Below are positions 35,840-46,154 of a DNA stretch of 64,000 bases, piece by piece. The translations under genes were made by a program, and so were the position numbers. This DNA is from an uncultured bacterium (GTDB taxonomy: Bacteria > Chlamydiota > Chlamydiia > Chlamydiales > SM23-39): positions 1,056,001 to 1,120,000 of the forward strand of contig OY970323.1 in NCBI GenBank assembly GCA_963716985.1. The letters run 5' to 3'. Numbering within the stretch: the stretch's first letter is position 1; each line of letters opens with the position of its first letter. Under the pieces are notes generated by a model. The model made no database searches. It saw nothing but the letters and a program-made list of their open reading frames with translations, and had not been told where the DNA came from.

Positions 35840-38200
35840 AATAGTTCCTTAAATTTTGATTCAATTAATAAAGATATTTTATAAGAAAGCAAACTAGAAT
35901 TCAAGGCAATTATTGTGGTTTTTGATGAAGTTTGTTTTTAGATGTTTGTTGATATTCTGAGCGATAATGAGAATTTTATTTGCATTGGAGGATCGAGATT
36001 ACATGTTCAAAAAACCGTTCATTCTTTTCATCGCCTTGCATCCGAGCTCCTCTTTTTTTGCTACAAGCACAATCGATAGCTCTTTCTTCTTGCGTTTGGT
36101 CGATGCGCGGATCTGAAAAAAGAGCCGCTTTTTGTGAAGTTCAAGCTCATTACCAGAATTTCGAAATGATACGCGAGAAAAGAGAGGGCTGAGGGGGAGG
36201 GTGCCGTCTGCTTGCGAAATAACGTTTGGTGGTCCAGTAACAATTCACCGCTGTTTGAGGAAGAAGTCTTCGGGCAAGAGAGTCGAGTTGGGAATTGCTA
36301 AATTGTGGAGACAAAACTGGCCGAAACCAAGGAAAAGGACGTATGCGTTTGAGGAGCGGACAGATATCAATCGATTCTAGATGTGGGCATTTTTTCGAGA
36401 TGGCTTCTAATAACCCACCTAATCGAGCATCATCCACGCTCAATTGACTCAATTGAGAAGGTAAACATAAATGCTTCAGTTTGTGGAGGGATTCAAAGCT
36501 TGAAAAAATTTGCGAAAGTCCCTCATATGTAAGAAGGGTTCTCGTAGGGAGTCTCAAAGATGTTAGATTCGGGCATTTTCTTATGATGAGCTCTAATAGT
36601 TCGTCATCTATGTCTAGTGGGCATGAACTGAGTTCTTCCAGATGGGGTAGTGAGCCATAACTAGAAAGAATACCTCTCACTCCAGTAGGCGTGAAATTAG
36701 ATTCGGAGCTAGAGAGGCTCAGTCGTTTTAGACTCGGGAAGTTTCTGAGGGCCCATGCTAAAAAAGCATCATTTAAGTTATCGGAATGGAGAAAGTCTAA
36801 GTTTAAGCTTTCTAGCTTTTCCGGGTGTTTGAAGCTTGAAAAAACATCTTCGAGTTGGTCATGAGTGAGCTGGTCGTTATAGAGGCTTATTCCTAGAGAT
36901 TTTAGATTGGGGCAATTGTTGATAATGAGCTTCAATAGGGGATAGTCAAAAATAACTTGTCTGCTGCCAATTTCCAAATGTTCCCATTTGCACGGCGTAG
37001 AAAAAGCCTGTGTCAACCCATGATAGGTAAGTCCGGCACTATCGCAGTTTAATGATTTCAGGTTAGGGCAGCTTTTGGCTATTATCTCCAATAGATCATC
37101 GTTCGAGAATGCGGATGTGCAACTTAAGTCCAAATGTTCCAATTTTTGAACCCATTCGGCATTTGAAAAAATGAAAGAGAGTCCTTCACTAGTAAGATTA
37201 GTGCACCATCTGAGGTTTAACGATTTGAGCTTTGGACAAACTCTGAAGATTTGGCTTAATAGGGGTTCATCCAGGAAGTTGAGGGTTAAATCCAGGTGCT
37301 CTAGATTGCAAAACGATTCTTCATTTGAAAAAATGCGAGAGAGACCAGTGTCGGTGAGATGCACGCATCGGGCAAGATTTAACGCAGTTGGGGAGCAATG
37401 TTGAAGAATCTGTGCGCATTCATCGTCATTTACATCTGTGTGGGACAAATCTAGATTCTTAATGGGTGGATAGACGGGAGGGGAGGTTTTTGGGTCTAAA
37501 ACGGCCCTTCCGTCTTGCCATTGAAGATATTCAGGAGCTCTTGTCCTGTGCCCATCGGTTGCCATTTGCTCTCTCATTTGCGTGGTGATGATTCCGGTGT
37601 TGATCTCGGGGCTGATAGCCGTTGCTGATGGGGCTGCGGCCGGTCCTATGACCTTTCCCGTCATGATTTGATGGATGGCCTTGCAGGTTTTTGCAAGTGC
37701 GACCTGGTCGGTTAAGGGTAGATATTCCGCGATGTTTGTCATGGTCCCGCGATTTGTAAAAACCTCTAGAGAAAGATCAGGAGGCAAACTCGTGCGTGTT
37801 GTGGATGTGGACATAATAGTTCCTTAAATTTTGATTCAATTAATAAAGATATTTTATAAGAAAACAAACTAGAATTCAAGGCAATTATTGTGGTTTTTGA
37901 TGAAGTTTGTTTTTAGATGTTTGTTGATATTCTGAGCGATAATAAGAATTTTATTTGCATTGGAGGATCGAGATTACATGTTCAAAAAACCGTTCATTCT
38001 TTTCATCGCCTTGCATCCGAGCTCCTCTTTTTTTGCTACAAGCACAATCGATAGCTCTTTCTTCTCGCATTTGGTCGATGCGCGGATCTGAAAAAAGAGC
38101 CGCTTTTTGTGAAGTTCAAGCTCATTACCAGAATTTCGAAATGATACGCGAGAAAAGAGAGGGCTGAGGAGGCTGCTGAGGGGGAGGGTGCCGTCTGCTT
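35800..38200. repeat. near-identical direct repeats (about 35800-36215 and 37775-38200) marking a 1975-bp tandem duplication unit
   Basis: The intergenic spacers, with adjoining gene ends, match almost base for base. Starts 35839/37814 and stops 36150/38125 are both 1975 bp apart. Confidence 0.9.
36150..37814 (-). CDS. F-box-like plus LRR protein 2
   Basis: Close paralog of 34199..35839. Confidence 0.85.
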   Translation of the reverse strand: MSTSTTRTSLPPDLSLEVFTNRGTMTNIAEYLPLTDQVALAKTCKAIHQIMTGKVIGPAAAPSATAISPEINTGIITTQMREQMATDGHRTRAPEYLQWQDGRAVLDPKTSPPVYPPIKNLDLSHTDVNDDECAQILQHCSPTALNLARCVHLTDTGLSRIFSNEESFCNLEHLDLTLNFLDEPLLSQIFRVCPKLKSLNLRWCTNLTSEGLSFIFSNAEWVQKLEHLDLSCTSAFSNDDLLEIIAKSCPNLKSLNCDSAGLTYHGLTQAFSTPCKWEHLEIGSRQVIFDYPLLKLIINNCPNLKSLGISLYNDQLTHDQLEDVFSSFKHPEKLESLNLDFLHSDNLNDAFLAWALRNFPSLKRLSLSSSESNFTPTGVRGILSSYGSLPHLEELSSCPLDIDDELLELIIRKCPNLTSLRLPTRTLLTYEGLSQIFSSFESLHKLKHLCLPSQLSQLSVDDARLGGLLEAISKKCPHLESIDICPLLKRIRPFPWFRPVLSPQFSNSQLDSLARRLLPQTAVNCYWTTKRYFASRRHPPPQPSLFSRIISKFW

Positions 38201-39798
38201 ACGAAATATGGCTGGCCGTCTTCCCGGCAAGAGGAGTTCACAACTACTTGAGGAAATCTTCGAGTAAGCAAGCCGAGGCGGGAATCGGTAGGTTGTTGAG
38301 AGAGAACTGACCAAAGCCAAGGAAAAGAACGTGTGTCTTTGAAAGTCGGACAGATATCAATCGATTGTAACTTGGGGCAATTTTTCGAGATGATTTCTAA
38401 TAAGGCATCTAATCGAGCGTCATCCATGCTCAATTGAGAAGGCAACCTAAAATGTTCCAGTTTGCGCAGCGATTCAAAACTTGAAAAAATGCGCGAAAGT
38501 CCCTCATAGGTAAGATGATCTTTCCAAGAGAATCCCAAAGATGTTAGATGCGGACATTTTTTTATGATGAGCTCAAATAGGCCATCATCGATCTCAAGGT
38601 GCGGTAAACTGAGCTTTTCCAGATTGGGTAGTGAGTCATAACTAGAAAAAATATCTCTCACCCCGTCAGTGGTGAAATGTGATGTTCGAGAATAGAGGCG
38701 CAGTCGTTTTAGTCCCGGGAAGTTTCTGAGGACCAATCTTAAAAAGGCATCATCTTCTAAGCTGAGAGAATCGGGAAAATTTATTTTTAAGCTTTCCAGC
38801 TTTTTTGGAGATTGGAAGCTTGAAAAAATATCTACGAGATTGTCATGAGTGAGAAGATGGGCATTTATGGCGAATATTTCTAGCGATTTTAGATTAGGGC
38901 AATTTTCGAACATGGGTTTCAATAGGGGTTGATCAAAAGCAAATTGCTCGCTGCCAATTGCCAAATGTTCCCATTTACACGGGGTAGAAAAAACCCGTGT
39001 CAATCCTTGATAGGTAAATCCGGCGTAAACGCAGTTTAATGATTTCAGGTTCGGACAGTTTTTGGCTATTATCCCCCATAGAGCGTCGTTCGAGAATGCG
39101 GATGTATGGCCTACATCCAAATGTTCCAAATTTTGAACCCATTCGGCATTTGAAAAAATGCGAGAGAGTCCTTCATTGGTGAGGCCTCTACAATATTTGA
39201 GGTTTAACGATTTGAGCCTCGGACAAACGCTGAAGATTTGGCCTAATAGGGCGTCATCCAGATGGGTGCCTGATAAATCCAAGCGCTCGAGATTGCAAAA
39301 TGATTCTTTATTTGAAAAAATGCGCACAAGGCCATCGTGGGTGAGATCATAACATTTGCTAAGATTTAACGCAGTTGGGGAGCAATGTTGAAGGATCTGT
39401 GCGCACTCCTCGTCATTTACATCTGTGTGGGTCAAATCTAGATTTTTAATGGGTGGATAGACCGGAGGGGAGGTGCTGGGGTCCAAAACTGCCCTTGCGC
39501 CTTGCCATTGAAGATATTCGGGAGCTGTTGTTCTGTGCCCATCGGCTGCCATTTGCTCTCTCATTAGGGTGGTGATGATTCCGGTGTTGATCTCGGGGCC
39601 GGTAGCCGTTGCCGATGGGGTTGGAGCCTGCCCTATGACCTTTCCCGTCATGATTTGATGGATGGCCTTGCGGGTTCTTGCAAGTGCAGCCTGGGCGGCT
39701 GCGGGGAGGTGTTCTGCGATGCATGACATGGCCCCTTGATTGGTAAAAACCTCTAGAGAAAGGTCTGAGGGTAACCTGCATGTTGTGGATGTGGACAT
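38125..39798 (-). CDS. F-box-like plus LRR protein 3
   Basis: More diverged paralog with an AAGGAG RBS. Confidence 0.85.
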   Translation of the reverse strand: MSTSTTCRLPSDLSLEVFTNQGAMSCIAEHLPAAAQAALARTRKAIHQIMTGKVIGQAPTPSATATGPEINTGIITTLMREQMAADGHRTTAPEYLQWQGARAVLDPSTSPPVYPPIKNLDLTHTDVNDEECAQILQHCSPTALNLSKCYDLTHDGLVRIFSNKESFCNLERLDLSGTHLDDALLGQIFSVCPRLKSLNLKYCRGLTNEGLSRIFSNAEWVQNLEHLDVGHTSAFSNDALWGIIAKNCPNLKSLNCVYAGFTYQGLTRVFSTPCKWEHLAIGSEQFAFDQPLLKPMFENCPNLKSLEIFAINAHLLTHDNLVDIFSSFQSPKKLESLKINFPDSLSLEDDAFLRLVLRNFPGLKRLRLYSRTSHFTTDGVRDIFSSYDSLPNLEKLSLPHLEIDDGLFELIIKKCPHLTSLGFSWKDHLTYEGLSRIFSSFESLRKLEHFRLPSQLSMDDARLDALLEIISKNCPKLQSIDICPTFKDTRSFPWLWSVLSQQPTDSRLGLLTRRFPQVVVNSSCREDGQPYFVSRRHPPPQQPPQPSLFSRIISKFW

Positions 39799-39909
39799 AA
39801 AAACTCCTTTAGTTTTTAATTAATTATTAATATTATATCAAAAAACAAATTAAATTGAAAGTATAATTATAAAAATTGTTATAAAAATTATAAAAAATTA
39901 ATTATATTG

Positions 39910-40200
39910 TTAACGGTTTTTAAATGTCTTCATTGATATCTGTAAAGCATTAAGCCTAAGTGGGGTGGTGCATAAGAAAGCGTATGTCAATGAGGGACAA
40001 GGATTTGTCTCGATATTAGGAACTGCATCAGATTCATGAGAAACGGCAAGCAAGTGTTCAAGCGGCTCAGAATTTGAGGCTTGAGCACAAGATGGGTCAT
40101 GCGGCTGTCGAAAAGGTTCGGGATAAGGGTCTTGAGGGCCCATATCCCGAAAAGCCGGAATAGGGGGTGGTCACCGATTGCTAACGGGATTAAAAGAATG
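39910..40200 (+). pseudogene. possible degraded IS transposase N-terminus (ISNCY-like)
   Basis: MSMRDKDLSRY*ELHQIHEKRQASVQAAQNLRL with an in-frame stop resembles an HTH N-terminus of ISNCY/IS481-type transposases. Weak. Confidence 0.3.
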
Positions 40201-40206
40201 GTTCAT

Positions 40207-40396
40207 CCTAAAAACGGCAGTTGAACCGCTCCGCACAACCAAAAATTTTGTGAATCTCCTCTAAAAATCAGTGTTATTGCTCAAATTTATCCGGTCACCC
40301 ATTGGGTGATCGTGAAAGTAAAAGATAAAATTGATTCCTGAAAGGGAAATTTACAGTTTTTAGGCCATGCGGAGCGGTTCAACTGCCGTTTTTAGG
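40207..40396. mobile_element. 190-bp MITE, copy 2
   Basis: Same terminal inverted repeats and length as 21408-21597, diverged interior, flanked by direct repeat TTCAT. Confidence 0.85.
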
Positions 40397-40621
40397 TTCA
40401 TCCGGTTAATGAGGCCCTTTGCTTATGAAGATGGTGAAAATGGTAGTTTGAAAGATTCTATTTCCCTGGTGATTCGGCTGAAAACAAGGTTGTTTTGAGA
40501 AAACCTTCATGTAATTTCAAATTTAATTCATTATGTATTAATTTTATTATAATTTACTTTTTTTTATTTCGGTGTTATAATCCTGGTGAATAAATAAAGC
40601 TAAATTAAATGAGAGGGTTCG

Positions 40622-42091
40622 ATGAGCCTAGCGATTAGTTCCACCACCTATGTGTACCCAAGACCTTCTGCCCGTAATGAAGGGTGGTTGCAAAAGCTCG
40701 GAGGCGTCTGCGCCAGAGTGGGCGATGCTGCAGCCTCCTTTTTCTTTCCGGGAGGCGAGCGCGGGATTGCAAATCGTGCTTGTTCCGAACATATAGAAGC
40801 CGAGATCAGCGCCATTCAAAATGGACGAAAAACCGGGGCATCCTTAGGAGCGTGGATCTATGATTTTTTTGCCAATATCGTTGCGAACTTCTCCTGCGAC
40901 TCTGCTTGCACTAGCCGTCAGCTTTTTAGGGTTCTTTCGGCCTGTTTGCTTGTACCCGCTGAGATGGCAAAGGAGTTTGTTTCTAAAGCAGAATATACCG
41001 CCGCACCTTTGTGTATTGTCCAGGGATTGGCAGCGTTTTTGATTGGCGGAAAAGTGTTTGTCGATGAGCGAAAGATCGGAGATGGGGAAGGAAAGGTTCA
41101 GACCGGAATCAACCTTCTTTTGCAAGGAGTGTTTGGTACGGCGGCAGGCAGTATTTGGACGGCATCCATCCCCTATGGCGCAACGGCAATAGGTCAGATG
41201 CTGAACACTGCCGTTTGTCCTCTATTTGCAGTCGGCTCTTTTGTGAACCTAGTTTTTACATCGCTAAGACTTCACCAGGTGCGCATGTTCGAAAAGGAAT
41301 TTGTAAGTTGCCTTCAGGAAGAGAAGGGACGTCCCATGAATGCTTCTCTAAAGGCAAAAAGCCGCGCGAATGTTCTGGATTTATTGGATCGCTCTCTTCG
41401 CCTCTCTTTAGAAGAGAGAAAAGAGATGATTGCAGTGGCCAGAGAAAATAAAAAAAAGATCGAAGCCGAGGTGCGAAAGAAAAACCCTACCTGGAGCGGC
41501 TGGCGCATTCGATCGGAAGCTGCTACGTTATATAAGCTGGACCTTAAAGCCCGCATGCAGAATGCCCTAAAAGTGAAAAAAGCCTATTTTGAGCGAAGGG
41601 TCAATAGCGAATGCTATGAGGTCGTCACCGAAAACCTGGATGCTTGGAAGAGCGGAAGAAAGGGCAGTGTTACTATGGAACAAGCAGTCAAAAAGATCCA
41701 ACAGACGATTTTTTGCAACAAGGTGATTTTAGGAGTTAAGATTGCGATCTTGATTTTAGGCATTGCGGCGCTCATTGCCTTTACCATTCTCCCCATAGGA
41801 AACCTTGCGATTTTTGCCGTCTTCCTGGCCACCGGCATCATCTGGATGGCGCTCGATCTTCGCGGATCTGCTTACTGGCCCAAGATCCGACGTTTGCTTT
41901 TTGGCGATGTGACGGACGCGGCAAAGAAAGCGCTTGGCTCTACACATGCGCCCTTATTTCGAAACATCGGGGCAAGGCTCCGACTCTGGCGTTATGGCGA
42001 TGCGGCAGATGAGACGAGAAAACGCATTGAGGAAAGAAGACGCACCTTGATACGGCAGCGTCAATTTATTCGAGCCGGCGGCTGGTGTTAA
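40622..42091 (+). CDS. Inc-like candidate effector, paralog 2
   Basis: Same architecture and shared motifs as 32713..34155. Confidence 0.8.
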   Translation: MSLAISSTTYVYPRPSARNEGWLQKLGGVCARVGDAAASFFFPGGERGIANRACSEHIEAEISAIQNGRKTGASLGAWIYDFFANIVANFSCDSACTSRQLFRVLSACLLVPAEMAKEFVSKAEYTAAPLCIVQGLAAFLIGGKVFVDERKIGDGEGKVQTGINLLLQGVFGTAAGSIWTASIPYGATAIGQMLNTAVCPLFAVGSFVNLVFTSLRLHQVRMFEKEFVSCLQEEKGRPMNASLKAKSRANVLDLLDRSLRLSLEERKEMIAVARENKKKIEAEVRKKNPTWSGWRIRSEAATLYKLDLKARMQNALKVKKAYFERRVNSECYEVVTENLDAWKSGRKGSVTMEQAVKKIQQTIFCNKVILGVKIAILILGIAALIAFTILPIGNLAIFAVFLATGIIWMALDLRGSAYWPKIRRLLFGDVTDAAKKALGSTHAPLFRNIGARLRLWRYGDAADETRKRIEERRRTLIRQRQFIRAGGWC

Positions 42092-42151
42092 AAGACCGAT
42101 TCTTTTTGCCAGAAGCGTTTTTTTTTGGCATAAGGGAAGAGGGGGTGGCCA

Positions 42152-43018
42152 GTGGATCGCTTCTTAGAGACCTTCGTTTCTTATCTTGTTTCCGAAAGGG
42201 GATTTTCTCCGCATACAATTGCAGCCTATGCGAAGGACGTGCGGCTTTTCTTGGAATTTTTAAAAGAGAAAAATCTTTCGTTGGAAAAAATCCAAAAAGA
42301 GGATTTTTTTTCCTATCTTTCATTCTTGCAAGAGAAGTCTTACGCCTCTTCAAGCATGTATCGAATCATGGTCTCGATTAAAGTTTTTTTCCGATTTTTG
42401 AAAAAAGAGGGATTTCTTGGACAGGATATCGTTAAGGATGTCGATCTTCCCAAGATCTGGCAGCTCATTCCCTCTGTTTTGAGCGTGAAAGAGGTAGAAA
42501 AACTGCTTTTAGAACCTAAATGCGATGACTTTATCGGCTCTAGGGACAGGGCCATTTTAGAACTTCTTTATGCAACGGGCATGCGCGTGAGCGAATGCTG
42601 CCAGTTGAAAATCTCTGACGTGGATGATGGTTTTGTGAAAGTGCATGGCAAAGGAAGAAAGGATCGAATGGTCCCCATCGGCAAAAGCGCTCTCGAGGCA
42701 GTGGACCATTATCTTCTGCATTTTTATCAAAAAGGAAAAAGCGATTTTCTGTTTATCAGCAGGTCCGGAAAAGCGATCGATCGGCAGACTGTTTGGCATC
42801 GGGTAAAATTCTATGCAAAAAAAGCCGGAATTGAAAAAAAGATCTCGCCGCATACGCTCAGGCACTCCTTTGCTACCCACTTGCTAGAAAATGGAGCCGA
42901 CCTCCGGCTGATCCAGGAAATGCTCGGACATGAGGATGTCGCCACCACGGATCGCTATACCCACATTTCCGCAAACCACCTAACGCGGGCTTTTTCCGCT
43001 TTTCATCCGCGGCCCTGA
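42152..43018 (+). CDS. xerD: site-specific tyrosine recombinase XerD
   Basis: RDRAILELLYATGMRVSE, GKG.KDRMVP, SPHTLRHSFATHLLENGADLR.IQEMLGH and YTH. Confidence 0.93.
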   Translation: MDRFLETFVSYLVSERGFSPHTIAAYAKDVRLFLEFLKEKNLSLEKIQKEDFFSYLSFLQEKSYASSSMYRIMVSIKVFFRFLKKEGFLGQDIVKDVDLPKIWQLIPSVLSVKEVEKLLLEPKCDDFIGSRDRAILELLYATGMRVSECCQLKISDVDDGFVKVHGKGRKDRMVPIGKSALEAVDHYLLHFYQKGKSDFLFISRSGKAIDRQTVWHRVKFYAKKAGIEKKISPHTLRHSFATHLLENGADLRLIQEMLGHEDVATTDRYTHISANHLTRAFSAFHPRP

Positions 43019-43215
43019 GCGAGTCCTGTTTTTTCCATTTCGACCTTCTCCCGGGAACAGATCTCTTTCTGCTCGACGGGACGATTTTGAAAATAGGTGT
43101 TATAAATCGGAAAGGAAATACAACTCGTCAAAAAAAGACAAAGAAAACACAAAAGATAGCGCATAGTTTGCCTCTATCCTTTCTATCTAATCGATTGGCC
43201 CTTTTTTGAAAATCT

Positions 43216-44685
43216 TTAAATTTCTTCGATTTTTTTCTTCAAAAGCTCGTTGACGAGATCGGGAGAGGCTTTTCCTTGGGATTTTTTCATGACCTGTCCG
43301 ACAAGGAATGCAAAGGCTTTTGTTTTGCCCTTTTTGTAATCGGCAATAGAGTCCGGATTTTCCGTCACTACTTCCTCCACGATTCCTTCGATGAGAGAAG
43401 CGTCATGGATGGGTTGATAATTGGGATTTTCTTTGACGATTGCTGCAGGGTCTTTTTGGGGATTTTGGATCATGTCGTCAGCCACATCTTTGGCGATCTT
43501 GCCTGTGATCTTTCTCTCTTCGATCAAGGAGACAAGAGTGGCGATATGGCGAGGGGGGATATTAAGAGAAAAAAGGGTCTTTCCTTTTTCTTTCAAACGG
43601 CCCGCAAATTCTACGGTAATCCAGTTGCAAAGAGAACGCGCATTGGGACAGGTTTTCAGCGCATCTTCGAAGTAATCGGCGAGCCTCTTTTCGTTTACGA
43701 GCTGTGATGCGGAATATTCCGTTAGCCCTAAAGACGTGATATATCTTTTAAAGCGTTCGTGAGGAAGTTCGGGCAGGGCTTTTCTAATCTCTGCAATCCA
43801 CTCTTTTGTTAAAACAACGGGAACGAGGTCGGGGTCGGGAAAATATCGATAATCTTCTGCCGATTCTTTTTCCCTCATCATGACGGTCTTCTTTTCTCCT
43901 GCATCCCAACGGTAGGTCCCGGGCCGTATGAGTGTTTTTGGATCCACGTCCGGATGGTTGGTATACAGAGAGATTTGTCGAATGATTTCCGATTGGAGGG
44001 CGAGCTCAAGGAAGTTAAAGGAGTTCATGTTTTTGATCTCAATCTTAGAGCGCAGACCTTTTTCTCCTTTGGGCCTGACCGAAATATTGGCATCGACTCT
44101 TAAAGAGCCCTCTTCCATGTTGCAATCGGAAGAGCCGATATACTCCATGATGGCTTTTAGGGCCATGACAAAGGCCACGGCTTCTTTGGGAGAGTGCATA
44201 ACGGGCTCCGAGACGACTTCCAAAAGAGGAACTCCCGATCGGTTAAAATCGATCCCGGCAAAGGTGGAAAAGTGTTTGAGCATGCCGGCGTCGTCTTCAA
44301 GATGCGCGCGGTTGACTTGAAACTCTTTTGTCTTGCCCCCGACATCAGCGATGATCACACCGCCTTTAATGATCGGATGCTCCAATTGAGTGATCTGGAA
44401 ATTGCGAGGGGAATCGGGGTAAAAATAAGATTTTCGATCAAATGTGCTGATGGGGGCTACTTCTGCGTTAATGGCAAGCCCGAAGAGCACGGCCTTTTTT
44501 ACCGCTTCCTCATTGAGGACGGGAAGAGCTCCGGGCTCTCCGGTGCAGACCTCGGTGATATTGGTATTCGGCTCGTTGCCGAACCGGTTGGGAGCATGGC
44601 TAAACAATTTTGTCTTGGTATTCAGCTGCACGTGTACTTCGAGTCCAATGACGGTGTCCCAAAGATCAAAGGGGATGTTTTTCAT
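43216..44685 (-). CDS. gatB: Asp/Glu-tRNA amidotransferase subunit B
   Basis: VIGLEVHVQL, FDRKSYFYPD and DYRYFPDPDL. Confidence 0.98.
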   Translation of the reverse strand: MKNIPFDLWDTVIGLEVHVQLNTKTKLFSHAPNRFGNEPNTNITEVCTGEPGALPVLNEEAVKKAVLFGLAINAEVAPISTFDRKSYFYPDSPRNFQITQLEHPIIKGGVIIADVGGKTKEFQVNRAHLEDDAGMLKHFSTFAGIDFNRSGVPLLEVVSEPVMHSPKEAVAFVMALKAIMEYIGSSDCNMEEGSLRVDANISVRPKGEKGLRSKIEIKNMNSFNFLELALQSEIIRQISLYTNHPDVDPKTLIRPGTYRWDAGEKKTVMMREKESAEDYRYFPDPDLVPVVLTKEWIAEIRKALPELPHERFKRYITSLGLTEYSASQLVNEKRLADYFEDALKTCPNARSLCNWITVEFAGRLKEKGKTLFSLNIPPRHIATLVSLIEERKITGKIAKDVADDMIQNPQKDPAAIVKENPNYQPIHDASLIEGIVEEVVTENPDSIADYKKGKTKAFAFLVGQVMKKSQGKASPDLVNELLKKKIEEI

Positions 44686-46151
44686 GAAAGCTCCTTGTCG
44701 AAGAGGGGTGGAATTTTACGGGCATAAGAGGCCGTTTCTGTTTCGAACAGGTGGGCAACTCCCAAGAGAAGAACGTCGTGGAGCTGGGGCCCAAGCAGCT
44801 GCAGCCCATAGGGCTTATTTTCTTGATCAAAGCCGGAAGGGATATTGATCCCGGGCAGCCCTGCGAGATTGGCAGGTATTGTGAAGATATCTTGCAGATA
44901 CATTTCGATGGGGTCGTGGACGGCGCCGACGGGAAAGGCAGTAGACGGAGATGTGGGCATTGCGATGAGATGGCAATCGGAAAAGGCTTTGTCAAAAGTG
45001 TTGATGATCAACGTGCGCACTTTTTGTGCTTTTTTATAATAAGCATCTATATAGCCGGACGAGAGCACAAATGTCCCTAAAAGAATTCTTCGCTTGACCT
45101 CCTCTCCAAATCCCTCGTCGCGCGAGAGATCATAGATTTCTTCTAAGGTCTTGGCTTTGTGCGATCTTCTTCCGTAACGAATCCCGTCAAATCGTGCAAG
45201 ATTGGTGGAGGCTTCCGCGGGGGCCAAAATATAATACACGGGCAGGGAGTATTTGAGCATTTCGAGGTCGATATTGACAATTTCCGCCCCGAGCTCTTGG
45301 AGTATGTTGAGAGAATGGGTGAAATTTTGCAAGATGTCCTCTTTGACGTCCTTCATAAAGGGCCAAGAGACGCCTATTTTCATTCCTTTGAGAGAGGAGG
45401 GAAGTTTTTCCAAGTAGTTTTCTTGGGGGAGGTTCAGACAGGTCGAGTCATAGGCGCATTTCTTTCCGATGGTCTCCATGATCAGGCAGCTATCGGCAAC
45501 CGTGGTCGTTAAAGGCCCTATTTGATCCATTGAAGAGGCAAAGGCCACAAGACCGTAGCGCGATACCCGCCCATAGGTTGGTTTGAACCCCACGATTCCG
45601 CAAAGGGAGGCAGGTTGGCGGATGGATCCTCCCGTGTCCGACCCGAGCCCGATAGGAGCTAGCCTTGCTGCGACGGCTGCAGCAGATCCTCCCGAAGAGC
45701 CTCCGGGAACGCAGTCGAGCTTCCAAGGGTTATGGGTGGGAAAGAAGGCAGAATTTTCCGTAGAGGAGCCCATCGCAAATTCATCCAGGTTGGTCTTGCC
45801 GATGAAAAGAGCGTCCTCTTCTTCTAAAAGGCGAACGACCGTGGCATCAAAAGGAGCCCGATAGTTCTCAAGATAACGACAGCTGCAGGTCGTGATTTCT
45901 CCTTTGATGTGCATATTGTCCTTCAAAACGATCGGCACGGCGGCAAGCTTTCCAAGCGGAGCATTTTCTCGTCTCTTCTTGTCGAGCAGCTCTGCTTTTT
46001 TGACGGCTCTTTCATTGAGTGTTTGTAAAAAGGCTTTGAGGTTAGGGTCGAATGCTTCTATACGTCGAAGAAAATAGAGGGCAATTTCTTTGGCCGAGAC
46101 CTCTTTTTTCAAAAAGAGATTGCGCAGTTCAATGGCAGAGAGTTTGTACAT
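44682..46151 (-). CDS. gatA: Asp/Glu-tRNA amidotransferase subunit A
   Basis: Amidase signature GGSSGGSAAAV...GSDTGGSIRQPA. Confidence 0.98.
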   Translation of the reverse strand: MYKLSAIELRNLFLKKEVSAKEIALYFLRRIEAFDPNLKAFLQTLNERAVKKAELLDKKRRENAPLGKLAAVPIVLKDNMHIKGEITTCSCRYLENYRAPFDATVVRLLEEEDALFIGKTNLDEFAMGSSTENSAFFPTHNPWKLDCVPGGSSGGSAAAVAARLAPIGLGSDTGGSIRQPASLCGIVGFKPTYGRVSRYGLVAFASSMDQIGPLTTTVADSCLIMETIGKKCAYDSTCLNLPQENYLEKLPSSLKGMKIGVSWPFMKDVKEDILQNFTHSLNILQELGAEIVNIDLEMLKYSLPVYYILAPAEASTNLARFDGIRYGRRSHKAKTLEEIYDLSRDEGFGEEVKRRILLGTFVLSSGYIDAYYKKAQKVRTLIINTFDKAFSDCHLIAMPTSPSTAFPVGAVHDPIEMYLQDIFTIPANLAGLPGINIPSGFDQENKPYGLQLLGPQLHDVLLLGVAHLFETETASYARKIPPLFDKELS

Positions 46152-46154
46152 AGC

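Noticed and set aside
42152..43018. Tyrosine recombinase next to the effector island as a possible island integrase or shufflon invertase
   Set aside because: Sequence and size match housekeeping XerD, it adjoins gatCAB, and no att-like repeats or invertible sites were seen.
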